This document shows, in pieces, positions 54,286-56,722 of a stretch of 56,722 nucleotides of DNA; position 1 is the first letter of the stretch; every line of letters starts with the position of its first letter. Source of the DNA: Planctomycetota bacterium. GTDB taxonomy: Bacteria > Planctomycetota > MHYJ01 > WSZJ01. The translations under genes and the position numbers were made by a program. Below the pieces are notes generated by a model. The model ran no database searches. It saw only the letters and a list, made by a program, of their open reading frames with translations, and had not been told where the DNA came from. The stretch is from positions 1-56,722 of the forward strand of contig JBBTCT010000010.1 of NCBI GenBank assembly GCA_038060895.1, given 5' to 3'.

Positions 54286-55860
54286 CTACTTCTGGGGTTC
54301 CTCGACATTCGTGACGCGCGCGTCAAACTTCTCCATCACTCGCCGGACGGCGGGATCGAGCTCAATGTTTTTTTTTTGAACTACCGGGGCCGCCGCGGCG
54401 CCCGCGCCCCCGGGCCCCTCGATCTTCAGCCCCGTTTTCTTCCCCACTGCCCGCTCCGCTGCAGCCTCGAGCCGCGCCCGGTTCAACTCGAGAAAATTCT
54501 TCAGCACCTCCGGCACGCGGATCGTCACGCCCCCGGGCCCCGCATCACCCTGCGCCTTCTCCACCGCCATCGCCAGGTCGCCGTCGCCGGATTCGCGAAG
54601 CGCCCGCGCCACCGCGGACAGCCCCACGGCCCCCGCTGGCGGCGCAGCCTGCGGCGCCGCTCCCGCCGGAGCGGCGACCCGCGGTGGAGGCGCCGCTGAA
54701 ACCGGCGCCTTGCCTCCCTCCAGCCGCTTCACCAGCTCCTCAATCGTCGCCAGGTCCGCCAGCCGCGTGAGCTTCACCAACGCCACTTCCGCCACGATCC
54801 GCGGATCGCTCGCGTCGCGCAGACGCCGGCGCACGTCCGACAGCAGGGACACGGCCCCCGCGAGCTCGTCCACGCTGAACGCCGCCGCCTGCGTCGCCAG
54901 CCGTTCCAGCGCGTCCGGCGATTCGTCCACGAGCCCCGCTTCCTTGCCCGCCGCGCGCAGCAGCATCAGCGACCGCGCGTGCTCGATCAGGTCGTCCATG
55001 AAATCGCCCGGGTCGCGCCCGTTCGCGACACTCTCGTCGAGCGCCTTGAGCACCGGGCCGAGCTCGCGCGCCCGCACGTGGTCGAAAATCCGCAGCAGCG
55101 TCTCGCGAGGCAACACGCCTACCAGGTCCAGCACTGTCTTTTCCGTCAGGCTCCCCCCCGCGAAGGCGATCGCCTGGTCCAGCAGCGATTGCGCGTCCCG
55201 CATCGACCCCCGCCCGGCCCGCGCCACCAGCGCCAGCGCCGCGTCTTCCGCCTTCACCTTCTCCTTGTCGCAGATCTGCCGCAGCCTCTTTACCACGTCC
55301 CCCGACGTCACCCGCCGGAAATCGAACCGCTGGCAGCGCGAGTGAATCGTCTCCGGCAGCTTTCCCGGCTCCGTCGTCGCGAAGATGAACTTCACATGCG
55401 GCGGCGGCTCCTCGAGTGTTTTCAGGAAGGCGTCGAACGCGGAAGCGGTGACCCGGTGCGCTTCGTCGAGGATGTACACCTTGTATCGCGCGCGCAGCGG
55501 CGCGTAGCGGATGCCCTCGCGAAGCGCGCGGATGTCATCGACGGAGTTATGGGAAGCGGCGTCGATCTCGATGATGTCGGGATCGGTGCCCGCGATGGTG
55601 GCCCTGCAGATTTCGCAAACGCCGCACGGCTCCGCGGTCGGTCCCTTTTCGCAGTTCAGCGCTCTCGCGAAAATCCGGGCCATGGACGTTTTCCCGACGC
55701 CTCGGCTGCCGGTGAAGATATAGGCGTGGCCGACGCGCTTGTCGCGAATCGCGTTCTGAAGCGTCGTGGCCACGTGCTCCTGCCCGACGACCTCGTCGAA
55801 AGCCGAGGGCCGGTAGCGGCGGGCGATTACGGTATAGGAAGGGGCGGGCTGTTCTGCCAT
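54286..55860 (-). CDS. dnaX: DNA polymerase III subunit gamma/tau
   Basis: ARRYRP..F..VVGQ, GSRGVGKTS, IEIDAAS, ILDEAH, KTLEEPP, SRCQ, GSMRDA. Confidence 0.97.
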   Translation of the reverse strand: MAEQPAPSYTVIARRYRPSAFDEVVGQEHVATTLQNAIRDKRVGHAYIFTGSRGVGKTSMARIFARALNCEKGPTAEPCGVCEICRATIAGTDPDIIEIDAASHNSVDDIRALREGIRYAPLRARYKVYILDEAHRVTASAFDAFLKTLEEPPPHVKFIFATTEPGKLPETIHSRCQRFDFRRVTSGDVVKRLRQICDKEKVKAEDAALALVARAGRGSMRDAQSLLDQAIAFAGGSLTEKTVLDLVGVLPRETLLRIFDHVRARELGPVLKALDESVANGRDPGDFMDDLIEHARSLMLLRAAGKEAGLVDESPDALERLATQAAAFSVDELAGAVSLLSDVRRRLRDASDPRIVAEVALVKLTRLADLATIEELVKRLEGGKAPVSAAPPPRVAAPAGAAPQAAPPAGAVGLSAVARALRESGDGDLAMAVEKAQGDAGPGGVTIRVPEVLKNFLELNRARLEAAAERAVGKKTGLKIEGPGGAGAAAAPVVQKKNIELDPAVRRVMEKFDARVTNVEEPQK

Positions 55861-55882
55861 GGCGCGCTCGAATAATCAAAGA

Positions 55883-55982
55883 CCTCTGCGGCTACCCACG
55901 GCACCGGAAGGGCATCGTTTAGGGTTGCTCCGGTCAGGGCCTGGCCCGGTTCACGCGCCTTCCTTGCATGGGGCCGCAGAGG
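55883..55982 (-). ncRNA. ffs: Small bacterial SRP RNA (4.5S)
   Basis: Terminal stem CCTCTGCGGC/GCCGCAGAGG; core GTGAACCGGGCCAGGCCCTGACCGGAGCAACCC; canonical position upstream of dnaX. Confidence 0.9.
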
Positions 55983-55983
55983 C

Positions 55984-56146
55984 TGAAATTCAGCGCGGAT
56001 TCCGGTCGCGGGTGAGGTTGGACGGGGACGGATGTCGCTCGGTGCCTGCGCCCGCCCGGGGAATTGCTCCCGGGCGGGCTCCGGCACCTTCGCTCCGCCC
56101 GTCCCCGTCCAACCTCACCCGCGACCTCCATCCGCGCTGAATTTCA
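55984..56146. repeat. Long inverted repeat A (48-nt arms plus an inner hairpin)
   Basis: 55984-56031 pairs with 56099-56146 except one 3-nt mismatch; inner stem GCCCGCCCGGG/CCCGGGCGGGC. Confidence 0.92.
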
Positions 56147-56308
56147 TCTCTCCGGCTTGAGGGACTGTAGGTTGAGAACACTCAAGCGGCCAGTAGTTAG
56201 TGGGTGAACGACTGTGAGTCCCCATCGGTCGTCACGCTGCGCTCCATCACGGTTCTGCTTCCGCCTCTTCGTCACTTCGACGGCCGCGGCTCCGCCGCGA
56301 CCGCGCTG

Positions 56309-56410
56309 TCGCGGGCTCGCGGGCCTTGAAAGAATGGGGCTCGCGCGGCGCGCGCAGTCCTTGAGTGCGCGCCCGCGAGCCCCATTCTTTCAAGGCCCGC
56401 AAGCGCGCGA
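56309..56410. repeat. Long inverted repeat B
   Basis: 56319-56345 pairs perfectly with 56374-56400, with imperfect inner and outer extensions. Confidence 0.9.
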
Positions 56411-56501
56411 CGGAGAGGGAGGGAGTCGAACCCTCGGACGCGCTTTGTGGCGCGTCACGCGATTTCCAATCGCGCACAATAGGCCACTCTGCCACCTCTC
56501 C
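56411..56501 (-). tRNA. tRNA-Ser(GGA)
   Basis: GGAGAGG/CCTCTCC acceptor stem, discriminator G, anticodon arm CGCGA-TTGGAAA-TCGCG, long variable arm, GGTTCGACT T-loop; CCA not encoded. Confidence 0.96.
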
Positions 56502-56605
56502 CCGATTTCGATGAGGGGTTCGAGTTTCGGAATGCGGTGGGGCGCGCACGAACGGCCGCGCGCGCCCCACCGCATCCCGAAACTCGAACCCCTCATCGAA
56601 ATCGG
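56502..56605. repeat. Long inverted repeat C
   Basis: 56502-56547 pairs with 56560-56605 with one mismatch. Confidence 0.92.
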
Positions 56606-56722
56606 CGTACGACATTTCCTCGGGCACCTGGGACATCGGGGGTGCACCCCCTCCCGATCGGTCTGCCCTTCGTTGTCGTTTTGACGGCCGCGACTCCGTC
56701 GCGGTCGCTCTGTCGCGCGTGA

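Noticed and set aside
56411-56501. tRNA with a long variable arm as tRNA-Sec or an integration site
   Set aside because: The anticodon is GGA with a 7-bp acceptor stem (Ser); no integrase or duplicated tRNA 3' end is visible in the window.
56214-56684. ORFs across the tRNA/hairpin region
   Set aside because: They overlap the tRNA and mirror each other because of the palindromes.

Overview
GC-rich bacterial chromosome segment; gene content suggests Planctomycetota/PVC (inference). Most of it is housekeeping: prkA (partial), ndk, recO, uvrB, polA, rpoN, recR-ybaB-dnaX, SRP RNA and tRNA-Ser(GGA). The main accessory block (3.7-17.1 kb, minus strand) is a non-canonical type IV pilus/T2SS-like locus: a PilM-PilN fusion, a PilO-position protein, three paralogues sharing a C-terminal domain I cannot assign, two TPR-bearing lipoprotein secretins, a TPR protein and a peptidoglycan amidase. 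Other notable items: a PH-like plus arrestin-fold protein; a CofH/MqnC-type radical SAM protein with SxxxSxxC in place of CxxxCxxC, facing a motif-less epimerase; an unlisted 97-codon ORF with one in-frame TGA followed by a SECIS-like hairpin; an A10 slippery run in dnaX; a PA2778/PA2779-like C39 peptidase module with two putative substrates; a (Pro-Asn)n loop in a predicted beta-barrel; and three long hairpins that end at tRNA/SRP RNA boundaries. No CRISPR array, transposase or integrase was seen. All calls come from motif recognition by eye; no searches were run.
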